Shown: positions 43,855 through 53,816, counted from the first letter of the stretch. The stretch is DNA of 64,000 nt from Candidatus Saccharimonadales bacterium (GCA_046350695.1 JAXLZX010000003.1:2236-66235); one strand, 5' to 3'. Numbers and translations: made by a program. The notes: generated from the sequence alone by a model not told the origin.

Positions 43855-45054
43855 TCATATTCAAAAAAACGCTCTTTTGGTGAGCGTAAAAATAATGTGC
43901 GTTATCGCGGTAATAAATCTAGCCGTAATGGCCGTAAAAAACAATCTATAAATCCATCGAGATTTATTAATAAGAACATCAAAGAAAAGACGATTAATTT
44001 AGCTCAGGGTGTTGATCATGAGTTTACTGATTTTAACTTTACAGAAAAGCTAGAAAATAATCTGGCTTCAGCCGGATTAGTTACGCCTAGCCCAATACAG
44101 GATAAAACTATCCCTCTAGCAATGAATAAGGCAGATGTTATCGGCCTCGCAAATACTGGTACGGGTAAGACGGCCGCATTCTTGCTGCCAGTTCTGGAGA
44201 AACTACAGAAAAGCCGTAAATATAACTCAGTACTCATAATGGCTCCAACGCGCGAGCTTGCACAGCAAATAGATACTGAGTTTAAGAAATTTGCATTCGG
44301 AATGAAACTGTTTGCCGGAGTCTGTGTTGGTGGAGTTAATATAAATGGCCAGATTAGACAACTTAAGCGTGGTCAACATGTAATAATAGGTACGCCAGGT
44401 AGGTTAAAGGACTTGCTTGACAGGGGAATTTTAGAAACGACCCAAATTGATACTTTGGTTCTAGACGAGGCCGACAGAATGTTAGACATGGGATTTATTA
44501 ATGATATTCGATACATAGTTAGTCGACTACCTGAACGTCGTCAGACACTTTGTTTTAGCGCAACAATGAGTCCTGCGGTCGAGGTGCTTACTAGGGATTT
44601 CATGGTTAATCCGGTAGTGGTGTCTGTTAAGGTCACGGAAACCAGTGATCACATCTATCAAGATATTGTGACTTTTCAAGATGATGAGCATAAAAAGGAT
44701 CAATTAATCGAAATGCTCAGAACAAATGAATTTGAAAAGGTTATTGTCTTCGGCGAGACGAAATTTGGTGTTCAAAGGTTATCTGACAGGCTTTTAAAAG
44801 AGGGAATTACCTCTAATGCTATACATGGAAACAAGAACCAGGGACAGCGAACAAAGGCACTTAACTCCTTTAGGTCAAATCAATCTAGTGTGTTAGTCGC
44901 AACAGATGTAGCGGCACGTGGGCTCGATATTCCAAACGTTACACATGTTATCAACTATGACGTGCCACAAAGCTATGATGACTACATACATCGAATAGGT
45001 AGAACAGGTCGTGGGGGCAAGACTGGGATAGCACTGACGTTTATTAAAGAATAG
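43852..45054 (+). CDS. DEAD-box ATP-dependent RNA helicase
   Basis: Q motif, AxTGTGKT (NTGTGKTAAF), DEAD (VLDEADRM), SAT and HRIGRTGR, with a basic N-terminal tail. Confidence 0.92.
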   Translation: MSYSKKRSFGERKNNVRYRGNKSSRNGRKKQSINPSRFINKNIKEKTINLAQGVDHEFTDFNFTEKLENNLASAGLVTPSPIQDKTIPLAMNKADVIGLANTGTGKTAAFLLPVLEKLQKSRKYNSVLIMAPTRELAQQIDTEFKKFAFGMKLFAGVCVGGVNINGQIRQLKRGQHVIIGTPGRLKDLLDRGILETTQIDTLVLDEADRMLDMGFINDIRYIVSRLPERRQTLCFSATMSPAVEVLTRDFMVNPVVVSVKVTETSDHIYQDIVTFQDDEHKKDQLIEMLRTNEFEKVIVFGETKFGVQRLSDRLLKEGITSNAIHGNKNQGQRTKALNSFRSNQSSVLVATDVAARGLDIPNVTHVINYDVPQSYDDYIHRIGRTGRGGKTGIALTFIKE

Positions 45055-45152
45055 TGAGACCAAAAGCATTTTAGTGATATCCACAGGTTGCGTGGGCGAT
45101 TATCTGAAAAGTTTGCAAAAATAAACTTTAGTATAATATAGTTACTAGTACT

Positions 45153-45719
45153 ATGGTAAATAAATCAAAAAATAAAAAGTCCAAAGAATCAGAAACAATG
45201 ATTAAATGGCTCAAGTCATTGCTCTTAGTACTAATATTTATATTTATTGGAGTACTTATCTCGTACTTGGTATTACTAGTAAACGTCGACACAAATGACC
45301 ATAATACTACTACTTCGAAGGTAACCCTTTCAGTTACACCATTATCTGAAAAGCTAAGTTTGAATCAAGACTTTACATTTAATGTATATGTAGATACTGA
45401 TAATCAATCAGTTAACGTAGTGACTGCAAAATTAAATTACCCATCTGATAAATTTGAATTCGTTAATATAGATACATCAGAAAGTGAATTTGGAGTCCAG
45501 GCAGTTAGTACGGGTGGATCTGGTAATATTGAAATAACAAGAGGGAGTGTAACTCCAATAAATAGCACCAATGCTTTAGTTGGCAAGGTAACACTCAAGC
45601 CTATAGTATCATCCGAGAAGGCTATTATTGGGTTTACTTCTAGCGCAAATGTCATAAGTTCAACTACAAACACCAACATTTTGAACAAAACAATTAACGG
45701 TTCATTCTCGATACTTTAG
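45153..45719 (+). CDS. membrane-anchored cohesin-like domain protein
   Basis: TM helix (LLLVLIFIFIGVLISYLVLLV), then a beta-rich domain of about 130 aa with the cohesin-like pattern FTFNVYVDTD...VNVVTAKLNYPSDKFEFVNI...ALVGKVTLKP. Confidence 0.45.
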   Translation: MVNKSKNKKSKESETMIKWLKSLLLVLIFIFIGVLISYLVLLVNVDTNDHNTTTSKVTLSVTPLSEKLSLNQDFTFNVYVDTDNQSVNVVTAKLNYPSDKFEFVNIDTSESEFGVQAVSTGGSGNIEITRGSVTPINSTNALVGKVTLKPIVSSEKAIIGFTSSANVISSTTNTNILNKTINGSFSIL

Positions 45720-45772
45720 ATCTGAGTCTATTGAAGTAGTAGAGTTAATAGGGTATAATGACCCCTGTTCTT

Positions 45773-45850
45773 GGCGGGCGTAGCTCAGTTGGTTAGAGCG
45801 TCTGATTGTGGTCCAGAAGGTCGTGGGTTCAATTCCCATCGTTCGCCCCA
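45773..45850 (+). tRNA. tRNA-His (anticodon GTG) with encoded G-1 and CCA
   Basis: G-1 (45773) lies opposite discriminator C73. Acceptor GCGGGCG/CGTTCGC, anticodon loop TTGTGGT, T arm GTGGG-TTCAATT-CCCAT. TATAAT lies about 15 nt upstream. Confidence 0.85.
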
Positions 45851-45895
45851 AGAAAAACTTGACAAAACAAATGAACTTATATATAAATATGTATT

Positions 45896-47641
45896 ATGAG
45901 GGCAAAAGCCCTTTTTTTGTTTATGAAAGTATTTTTTAAATATAAATTTCAATTCGTCTTAGCAATATTTAGTTTGTTTAGTGTGCTAACGTTGTGTCAA
46001 ACAAAAGCAGATGCATTAGTATCGAATACTGCGGCTGAGGCAAAAGTATCATTTACGTTTGATGATGGTCTGGCTAGTTCGTATACAAAAGCTGCTCCTG
46101 TTCTTGCCCAGTATGGTTTCAGCGGTACAAGCTATGTGGCTACCGGGTGTATTGACATGGTTACGATTCCCAACAAATGTGCCGCAGATAACGATCTGCC
46201 ATATATGTCCTGGTCACAAGTAACCGAACTCCAGAATACATATGGGTGGGAAATTGGGGCCCACAGTGCGACCCATCCATTAATGTCAGAAATCAATGCT
46301 TCAAAATTAGAAAAAGAGGTTGCTGATAGTAAGAGTGCATTAGTGAGCAGAGGTTTTAGCGCTCAAGCTTTTGCAACTCCATATGGTGACTATAATGACG
46401 CAACGTTAAAAGCGATCGCTAAATACTACACTAGTCATCGTGGATTTGCGGACACTGGTTATAACTCTTGGCCATACAGTAATTACTTATTGCGCGTTCA
46501 ACAGGTTCAATATGGCGTAAGTGTCGACACGGTAAAATCATATATTGACCAGGCTGCAGCAACTAACACATGGCTTATATTGGTTTTTCATGAGGTAAAT
46601 GAAAGTCCGAGTGTTGATCCGGATGACTATCAATACAGTACAACAGATTTAGGAGCAATAGCATCATATGTAAAATCTAGTGGTATTAAAGTTACCAATG
46701 TAAGTGATGGTTTAGTCACTGGCCAGGCCGAAGACAATAAACTTACAGATCCAACCAATGGAACAGTAATTGGTAATGGATGGACAACAGACAGGCCAGG
46801 TAAAGTAAAAGTTGATACAACGTCTAGGGGTAATGCTCCGGAATCCAAGAATTCAATAAAGATTACATCAGTTAAGACAAATGAAACACATTTATTTTCC
46901 CCCACAATTTCAGTAAACCCTAACAGTACATATGTTATTAAAGGCTATGCTGATGTAAAGAATAGTAAAGGGGGAGAATTAGGTATTTATATTGACGAAT
47001 ATAATATTGACGGTGACTGGATTAGTGGTCAATACATGCAGACAATCTCAGTATGGTATAACAACGAGCTAACTTTTGCATATAAATCTACATCAACAAA
47101 AGTAGCAAAGGCCAGACTGCAGCTTATAATATCGGCTGCTTCTGGAATGATTGTATATGTAGATAATATACAGTGGCTAGAAACGACTAGTGGGCCCGCT
47201 CCAGAACCAGAGGAAAATCTTATTAGCAACGGTACTTTTGATATTGATATGAATGGCTGGACAACCGATAATCCTTCAGCAATTACCTGGTCAAGTATTC
47301 CGGGCAATAATACGATAAGGGTAACGAATGCCCCAAATATAAATGCACATTTATTCTCGTCAGTTTTAGACGTTAGTTCTGAAGCATCATACACTGTTAG
47401 TATGGACGTTAATGTCGTAAGTATAGTTGGTGAAATTGGCTATTACGTTGACGAGTATGATGTGTTGGGTAATTGGATTAGTGGACAATATTTATATACA
47501 ATAAATAGTTCTGTTAATCATGTTAATTTTCATTACACTCCAAGTTCTGGTCAGGTCGATAAGGCAAGTTTGCAAATAATCCTTACTCCGGGAACCGGAA
47601 CCGAAGCCTATCTCGATAATGTGCGTTGGACTAAACAGTAA
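45896..47641 (+). CDS. secreted polysaccharide deacetylase (CE4) with two C-terminal CBM_4_9-like repeats
   Basis: NodB-type motifs (FTFDDGLASSY, GWEIGAHSATHP). Two units of about 140 aa each begin NGWTTD and end with ...YVDNIQW / ...YLDNVRW. Confidence 0.75.
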   Translation: MRAKALFLFMKVFFKYKFQFVLAIFSLFSVLTLCQTKADALVSNTAAEAKVSFTFDDGLASSYTKAAPVLAQYGFSGTSYVATGCIDMVTIPNKCAADNDLPYMSWSQVTELQNTYGWEIGAHSATHPLMSEINASKLEKEVADSKSALVSRGFSAQAFATPYGDYNDATLKAIAKYYTSHRGFADTGYNSWPYSNYLLRVQQVQYGVSVDTVKSYIDQAAATNTWLILVFHEVNESPSVDPDDYQYSTTDLGAIASYVKSSGIKVTNVSDGLVTGQAEDNKLTDPTNGTVIGNGWTTDRPGKVKVDTTSRGNAPESKNSIKITSVKTNETHLFSPTISVNPNSTYVIKGYADVKNSKGGELGIYIDEYNIDGDWISGQYMQTISVWYNNELTFAYKSTSTKVAKARLQLIISAASGMIVYVDNIQWLETTSGPAPEPEENLISNGTFDIDMNGWTTDNPSAITWSSIPGNNTIRVTNAPNINAHLFSSVLDVSSEASYTVSMDVNVVSIVGEIGYYVDEYDVLGNWISGQYLYTINSSVNHVNFHYTPSSGQVDKASLQIILTPGTGTEAYLDNVRWTKQ

Positions 47642-47729
47642 ATAATTATATAAAAGCTTGAGAGGACTTTAATTTATAAAAACTTTACAATAACAGAAAA
47701 ACGTAGTAAAATATAAAAGTACAAGCGTT

Positions 47730-47752
47730 GAGGGTCGTTTGACCCTCTTTTT
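47730..47752 (+). terminator. intrinsic terminator after the deacetylase gene
   Basis: GAGGGTC-GTTT-GACCCTC followed by TTTTT. Confidence 0.7.
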
Positions 47753-47801
47753 ATTTGGTCATTCGACTTTCTCCACGATTAATAAGACAAGGAGAGACGG
47801 A

Positions 47802-47969
47802 ATGTACGAAGGTGGTAAAGGAGCAGGTGCTGTGGCTGCAGGAAGTGTTATTTTACCTAACACTGGCGGTAGTCGGGCGTTAACTGCAATAGCTGTCACC
47901 AGCATTGCTGTAGGTGTAATTATTGTCGTAACGACAGTAGCACGCTTTGTAGCAAGCAAGGCTCGATAA
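47802..47969 (+). CDS. 55-aa peptide consisting almost only of an LPXTG-type sorting signal
   Basis: MYEGGKGAGAVAAGSVILPNTGGSRALTAIAVTSIAVGVIIVVTTVARFVASKAR has LPNTG, a hydrophobic helix and a basic tail. Strong SD AAGGAGAG lies 5 nt upstream. There is no N-terminal signal peptide. Confidence 0.55.
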   Translation: MYEGGKGAGAVAAGSVILPNTGGSRALTAIAVTSIAVGVIIVVTTVARFVASKAR

Positions 47970-48034
47970 GGGTCTACTAGTAGGCAGAGGGTAACATCGT
48001 TTTGGTGTTACCTTTTGTTTTTAAGGTGGTCATT

Positions 48035-48634
48035 ATGAGATATTCTAAAACTAAGTTATCAATTATATTTGGTGTATTATTACTTGTTTTTGGGGTGTGT
48101 GTATTTTTGTATAGACAGCAGGGAGATACGGTTAATTTTCCAATAACTACAGACATTATCAACGATAATGTAAGCACTCAAGATGTTGAACTTAAACAAG
48201 AAGGCAACTTAGAAAAATCGTCTATCCCAATAAAGTTGCAGATTGATAGTCTGGGCGTTGATTTGCCTGTCGAGAAAGGTTATTTTAATAAGAATACAGG
48301 GCAGTGGAATATAACCACAACAAGTGCCTTCTGGTCAGTAATGACTTCAAGACCAAATAAAAATAGAGGCGTGACTTTTATTTACGGGCATAATAGAAGC
48401 TCGGTATTTTCAAGTCTTGCGAGGCTGAAGGAGGGAGACTCGGCAGTGTTATATACGGAGAGTGGGCAGCAGTATAACTATCGTTTGAAGTATAGTTTTA
48501 CAACTAAACCAGAAGATACATCAATTTTTCACTATAATGGTTTGCCAATCTTGGCTCTACAAACTTGTAGTGGTGCTGCTTTTCAGAATAGAACCATATA
48601 TGTATTTGAGATAACAGGTAATCAGAATGCTTAA
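48035..48634 (+). CDS. sortase (catalytic His, Cys, Arg present)
   Basis: TM anchor, then FIYGHN (His), LALQTCSG (Cys) and NRTIYVF (Arg). The start is set at MRYSK, with AAGGTGG upstream. Confidence 0.8.
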   Translation: MRYSKTKLSIIFGVLLLVFGVCVFLYRQQGDTVNFPITTDIINDNVSTQDVELKQEGNLEKSSIPIKLQIDSLGVDLPVEKGYFNKNTGQWNITTTSAFWSVMTSRPNKNRGVTFIYGHNRSSVFSSLARLKEGDSAVLYTESGQQYNYRLKYSFTTKPEDTSIFHYNGLPILALQTCSGAAFQNRTIYVFEITGNQNA

Positions 48635-49892
48635 AGATATTCTTTTCTATAGTTTCGCGGTCATTGCAATAATCAATACAGTTCACTTTGGACTGTATAT
48701 AGCTGGAGCCAATATCTATGATATTAAACAATTGAGAAACAAGAAAAACCCTAAGTACAGGAAGGTCAATCCACGTCCTTTAGTTACCGTGATAGTGCCT
48801 GCGCATAATGAAGAGTCGGGTATTGTAAAAACTCTTGAATCTATTAGGAAGAGCACGTATAGGAAGTTACAGATACTTGTTGTTGATGATGCATCTACAG
48901 ACAAAACAAGAAAGTTAGTATGGCGATACATAAAAGATCACCCTAGAATGGACCTGCATTTATTAAGAAAACAAAAAAATGTAGGGAAAGGGGAGGCGAT
49001 TAATCATGCTCTAAAAACTATGACTAAGGGGGAACTATTTATGACTATCGATGCAGACTCAGAAATTGGTAAAAAATCTATAAGTAATGCCGTTAGACAC
49101 TTTGATAATCCTAGTATAATTGGGCTGGCAGCTAATGTTCAGGTTCAGGACGAAGGTTCTGTATTGAGTTTACTCCAAAAATTCGAACATATGATAGGTT
49201 ATAGGTCAAAGAAGTTCTATACTATTTCAAACAGTGAATTTATTATTGGTGGCGTTGCTTCTACGTATCGTACGGATTTAGTCAGGCGTGCAGGGTATTA
49301 TGACACTGACACATTAACTGAAGATATCGGACTTAGTCTAAAGATGGCTAACCATTATGGTAACGTCAACACGAGGTTAATTTATGCATCAGATGTGTTG
49401 GCAATGACTCAAGGGGTGCAGTCGTTTAAAGCTCTTTTCAGACAGCGTTATCGCTGGAAAATGGGGATGCTGCAGAATATGACTAAGTTTGGTCGTCTAG
49501 TTATGAATAATAACCCGACCTACAGTCGCATGCTAACAATGTATAGATTACCAGTTGCAATATTTGGAGAGATGGTGCTTTTGATCGAACCAATACTTTT
49601 GGCTTACATAATTTATTTGAGTGCAATAACTGTCAACCCAGCCTCACTGATCAGTGCCTACGTGGCTATTACTCTGTATATACTATGGAACATATGGCCT
49701 GATGAACACTTAGGTATAAATGAGAAATTACGTTTAAGTTTTTATGCGCCACTTATGTACTTTGTGTTTTATATTATGAATGCAGTCCAGTTGATTGCTA
49801 TTATTAGGTGCTTGAAAAATAATCAGCAAGTATTAAGAAAAAAAGCAACTGGCGGAACTTGGGTGTCCCCCGAGAGGGCTGGGGCTATATAG
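48627..49892 (+). CDS. family-2 glycosyltransferase, processive synthase type (PgaC/cellulose-synthase-like)
   Basis: Motifs VIVPAHNEE, VVDDASTD, TIDADS, TEDIGLS and QRYRWKMG (QxxRW), flanked by TM helices. Confidence 0.8.
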   Translation: MLKDILFYSFAVIAIINTVHFGLYIAGANIYDIKQLRNKKNPKYRKVNPRPLVTVIVPAHNEESGIVKTLESIRKSTYRKLQILVVDDASTDKTRKLVWRYIKDHPRMDLHLLRKQKNVGKGEAINHALKTMTKGELFMTIDADSEIGKKSISNAVRHFDNPSIIGLAANVQVQDEGSVLSLLQKFEHMIGYRSKKFYTISNSEFIIGGVASTYRTDLVRRAGYYDTDTLTEDIGLSLKMANHYGNVNTRLIYASDVLAMTQGVQSFKALFRQRYRWKMGMLQNMTKFGRLVMNNNPTYSRMLTMYRLPVAIFGEMVLLIEPILLAYIIYLSAITVNPASLISAYVAITLYILWNIWPDEHLGINEKLRLSFYAPLMYFVFYIMNAVQLIAIIRCLKNNQQVLRKKATGGTWVSPERAGAI

Positions 49893-49926
49893 GCTACGGT
49901 ATCTTTAGTTGATCGTTACGATCAAT

Positions 49927-50952
49927 TCATTTAGCGTATCCACCGATTAGCGCTAAGGCGACACCTAGTGCTGCGCAAACTTGGGCAATAACCCAAAAAC
50001 GCATAGTAACCTTTGTTTTTGGCCAACCCATGGCTTCAAAATGATGGTGTATAGGCGCTGCTATAAATATTTTTCTATGTAGTATTCTCTTGGAGAGTAT
50101 CTGCACGAGACTAGAGCCAGCTTCGGCTACAAATATAAGGCCGATCAATGGCAAAAGAATCAAAGTATCAGTAAGCATGGCAATTACCCCCAAGGATGTA
50201 CCTAGTGAAAATGACCCTACATCGCCCATAAAAAATCTTGCCGGCGGTATATTGAACCAAACATATGATAAAAGCGCTCCAATTATTGTCATGCAGAAAA
50301 CTGAAATACCAAAATTTCCCTGCAGGGCTGCAATAACGCCGAATGCACCATAAGCACTAATCAGTAGCCCACCGGCTAAACCATCCATTCCATCGCTAAT
50401 GTTTACCGCATTTCCTGTGGCGACTACTACTAGAATAAACAGGGGTATGAGCAGCCATCCAACAGTGAGGTTACCATAAAAAGGTAAATGAATTGTGTCA
50501 TAACCGAGTTTAAAGTAGAAGAACCAGGCGCCAATGGCAGCTACCACGGTAATCATGGCAAATTTTACTTGTGGTCTAATTCCAGCAAAACCGCCACCCT
50601 TTCCCATGACATTCAATACGTCATCAATTAGGCCGACTACGCCCCCGCCGATTAAAGCTGCTAACGGTAGCCAGGTTTGTGCTCGATCTAGATTAAATAG
50701 AACAGTCACTATAGTTGTAGAAATAATAATAACCAGCCCCGCCATTAGTGGTACAGTTCGTTTGATGCGTAATTTACTTATTACTTCGAGTTGTTCACCA
50801 GTTGTGGAATGAGTTCTTGAGCGTTTCCAGAGTTTATGCTTGAATGCGAAATGTGTATAAATTGGTGTTAGGAGCATTGCTATTAGGAATGATGCTATGC
50901 TTAATATTAGACTTACGGTTACTTCATGTATGAACTCTTCGGATGAAAACAT
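49927..50952 (-). CDS. mraY: phospho-N-acetylmuramoyl-pentapeptide transferase
   Basis: 10-TM protein with NAVNISDGMDGLAGG, FMGDVGSFSLG and PIHHHFE. Confidence 0.9.
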   Translation of the reverse strand: MFSSEEFIHEVTVSLILSIASFLIAMLLTPIYTHFAFKHKLWKRSRTHSTTGEQLEVISKLRIKRTVPLMAGLVIIISTTIVTVLFNLDRAQTWLPLAALIGGGVVGLIDDVLNVMGKGGGFAGIRPQVKFAMITVVAAIGAWFFYFKLGYDTIHLPFYGNLTVGWLLIPLFILVVVATGNAVNISDGMDGLAGGLLISAYGAFGVIAALQGNFGISVFCMTIIGALLSYVWFNIPPARFFMGDVGSFSLGTSLGVIAMLTDTLILLPLIGLIFVAEAGSSLVQILSKRILHRKIFIAAPIHHHFEAMGWPKTKVTMRFWVIAQVCAALGVALALIGGYAK

Positions 50953-51090
50953 AAAACCCTTAATATTTTGTTTAATACAGTCTGGATAATTTTAACATAT
51001 GACCAAAGAAAAAGTCTTGATAACAAATTTACTTGGTAGATGAAAATCACCGGAACTTGATGCAGACAGTGTATTATTTAGTAAGTAAGT

Positions 51091-51675
51091 ATGAATAAAA
51101 TAATTGAATCATCACACCCAGTTATAATTTTTATAAGAGGTTTACCAGGTAGCGGCAAGTCTTATTTAGCTCGCGAGTTAGAAAAAGCTATTAGTAACGA
51201 TGTTGTGGCATTAGACCCGGACAGAATCGATTTTGGTAGTCAAGAGTATGCTTCGCATGTAGAAAAATGTAAAAATGAAGGGGTTGATGAAGCGCTACAT
51301 CCTTACAGATTTTTGCGAGGACAAGCATACCAGGCTATTAGAGATAACGGGGTTGTTATATGGAATCAGCCATTCACTAACCTAGAGATTTTTAATAAGA
51401 TGGTAGCAAATTTGCGTATTCAAGCTGATGAAAACAAATCAGAATTGACAATACTAGTTGTTGAGATGGTGATAAATGACAATGTTGCAAAAAAAAGAGT
51501 TATGGTCAGGAAGAGAGAAGGTGGACATGGTCCGTCTAATGATACATTCAATAGGTTCATTAATGACTATAAAAGCTTCAGAAACGATGGCTATAATACG
51601 GTTACGATTTCTGGAGAAGATAATGTGAAAGAATCTGTACAAAAAGTACTAAACGCCTTGTATGGTCTTTTGTGA
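51091..51675 (+). CDS. P-loop kinase-like ATPase (AAA_33-like)
   Basis: Walker A is GLPGSGKS. 194 aa. The substrate cannot be called. Confidence 0.5.
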   Translation: MNKIIESSHPVIIFIRGLPGSGKSYLARELEKAISNDVVALDPDRIDFGSQEYASHVEKCKNEGVDEALHPYRFLRGQAYQAIRDNGVVIWNQPFTNLEIFNKMVANLRIQADENKSELTILVVEMVINDNVAKKRVMVRKREGGHGPSNDTFNRFINDYKSFRNDGYNTVTISGEDNVKESVQKVLNALYGLL

Positions 51676-51684
51676 GTCTACTAG

Positions 51685-52287
51685 CTAAGTTTTAAAATAC
51701 CGTCTTAGATCGCTGATTATTTGAGTTGGGTTTTCCGCCAAAATGGTATGGAATCCCATTGCTATTGCCGGGTCTAAATTCTTTTGTTTATCGTCAATAA
51801 AAATTGATTTATCAGGCGTAGTATCTAGATATTTTAGCGCAAGGTCATAAATTTCTTTTTCGGGCTTGGCAAGACCTACTTTGCAAGAAGCTATTACCAC
51901 ATCGAAGTGTTCATAACACCCGGCTGACATTAAGACGTTGTAAGTCGGCTCGATTACATTAGTTAGGAGGGCTACTTTATAGCCGTTGGCTTTAGACTCA
52001 TTAACTAATGATAAAATCTTTTCGTTAACGATTAGGCCTTTCCATTTTTTGAACTCATCAGATATCGTGTCGTGTACGGAAAGATTATATTTTTGATTTA
52101 GCTGACTCCAGTATTCCTTTTCAGAAATCTCACCTCTCATAAAGCTTATCTTGTAAGTCGCAAGAATATCCTCTATCTGTTTGTGAGTTGCACCAATATT
52201 TATAAGTAGTTTTTCTAAAAAATCATCAGCTGGGTCACCAGCAATAACGCCACCCCAGTCGAAAAAGACGGTGTCTATATTATTCAT
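51685..52287 (-). CDS. HAD-superfamily hydrolase
   Basis: Motif I is FFDWGGV, and motif IV is IFIDDKQKN. Confidence 0.65.
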   Translation of the reverse strand: MNNIDTVFFDWGGVIAGDPADDFLEKLLINIGATHKQIEDILATYKISFMRGEISEKEYWSQLNQKYNLSVHDTISDEFKKWKGLIVNEKILSLVNESKANGYKVALLTNVIEPTYNVLMSAGCYEHFDVVIASCKVGLAKPEKEIYDLALKYLDTTPDKSIFIDDKQKNLDPAIAMGFHTILAENPTQIISDLRRYFKT

Positions 52288-52292
52288 ACAAT

Positions 52293-53816
52293 TTACAGCT
52301 CATGAATTACCGTAATATTTGCCCCTATCGCATTTAGGCGTTCGGCAATGTCTTCGTACCCACGGTTTATGGTGTAAACATTACGAAGCATACTAACTCC
52401 ATTAGCTGCCAGCATGCCTATTAGAAGTAGACTGGCTGGCCTCAGCGCTGGCGGGCAGACAACATCGGCAGATGTGAATTTAGTCGGGCCATTTATATAA
52501 ACCCTATGCGGGTCAGCGAGTTCAACATTCATACCTATTTTAGTCATCTCGGTGAAGTATAAGGCTCGGTTTTCGAATATCCAGTCGTGTATCAGTGTAC
52601 GACCTTTAGCAACTCCACATATTGGCACAAAATATGGTATGCAGTCAGGATTTATTCCTGGCCACAAGTTAGGGTGTAGTTTGTCTATTGGTGCTGTGAG
52701 CTCGCCATTATGTTTTTCGATTACTAAGTCAACCAAATCGATTGCACCATTATCTGACTTATATCTTGCGGTCTTCTTGAATTTTAGTCCCATTTTCTTC
52801 AACTTCAGAAGCTCTAGGGCTATCCAATCAATCGGCACCCTCTTAATTGTTAGTTTAGAGTTGGTTGTAATGGCTGCCGAAATAAAGAACATAGCCTCGA
52901 TTGGATCTTCTGTTGGGGCGAAAGTAACATTTTTCTTTATGTAGGGTACGCCAGTAACCTCTAGATTTGATGCTTTTAGGTCTTTGGTCTTGACACCAAG
53001 TTTATTGAGGAAAAGACATAAATCTTGAACCATGTAATCGGCGCTCGAACCATGAATTGTGGTAACGCCTTTTGTGCGAGCCGCAGCCATGAGCACATTG
53101 TTGGTTACTGTATTGCCAGACTCATACAGAACAACGTGGTCGTCAGGGCGTTTTTTGCTTACTGTGACTTGATAATGCCCCGTGTGGGCGACTACATTTA
53201 GGCCAAATTCTTCTAGTGCAAAGAGATGTGGTGTTACGGTTCTGGTTCCAAGTTTACAGCCACCTGCATAAGGTATTTTAAATTCATTGAATTCATGCAT
53301 TAATGGGCCAAGAAGCATGAGTACACTTCTTGTTTTACGTGCCGATGACGAATTTATATTGCTTAGGTCGAGTTTTTCGGGTCGCCTAATCTCGAGATCG
53401 TTATTTGATGACCAACGAATCTTAACACCAATACTCTCAAGAACCTCTACGATACGGTTAACTTCCTCAATCCTAGGAAAAGATTTAAACTTTGTTACGC
53501 CGTGGTTTAGTAGACTTGCACACAACAAAGCCACGGCGGCATTCTTGCTTTTTTTCAAGACCACTGAGCCGCTCAGTTCCGTACGACCCTCTATACGTAG
53601 GTTTATGCCACCGCCTCCTATAGATATGAGTTGCTTGTTAAGTACATCACTTACTCGTGCTAGAGTTTCAATACTGAGGTTTTGCTTGCCATGCTCCATG
53701 CGGTTTACGGCAGATTGGCTTGTTCCTAGTCTCCTTGCGAACTCAGCTTGGGTAAGGCCTCTTTCTTGCCTAATCTGATAAATAAGGTTACCGATTTTTT
53801 CGTTGTTCGATGACAT
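52293..53816 (-). CDS. murA: UDP-N-acetylglucosamine 1-carboxyvinyltransferase fused to an N-terminal XRE-type HTH domain
   Basis: Residues ~8-62, IGNLIYQIRQERGLTQAEFARRLGTSQSAVNRMEHGKQNLSIETLARV, form an XRE HTH. The remaining ~440 aa are MurA-like, with the active-site loop PYAGGCKLGTRTV (Cys present). Confidence 0.85.
   Translation of the reverse strand: MSSNNEKIGNLIYQIRQERGLTQAEFARRLGTSQSAVNRMEHGKQNLSIETLARVSDVLNKQLISIGGGGINLRIEGRTELSGSVVLKKSKNAAVALLCASLLNHGVTKFKSFPRIEEVNRIVEVLESIGVKIRWSSNNDLEIRRPEKLDLSNINSSSARKTRSVLMLLGPLMHEFNEFKIPYAGGCKLGTRTVTPHLFALEEFGLNVVAHTGHYQVTVSKKRPDDHVVLYESGNTVTNNVLMAAARTKGVTTIHGSSADYMVQDLCLFLNKLGVKTKDLKASNLEVTGVPYIKKNVTFAPTEDPIEAMFFISAAITTNSKLTIKRVPIDWIALELLKLKKMGLKFKKTARYKSDNGAIDLVDLVIEKHNGELTAPIDKLHPNLWPGINPDCIPYFVPICGVAKGRTLIHDWIFENRALYFTEMTKIGMNVELADPHRVYINGPTKFTSADVVCPPALRPASLLLIGMLAANGVSMLRNVYTINRGYEDIAERLNAIGANITVIHEL

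Noticed and set aside
51091-51675. The P-loop kinase near murA as a zeta-toxin-like UDP-GlcNAc kinase.
   Set aside because: Only a generic Walker A motif (GLPGSGKS) is visible. There is no adjacent antitoxin and no zeta-specific motifs, so the idea rests on neighbourhood alone.
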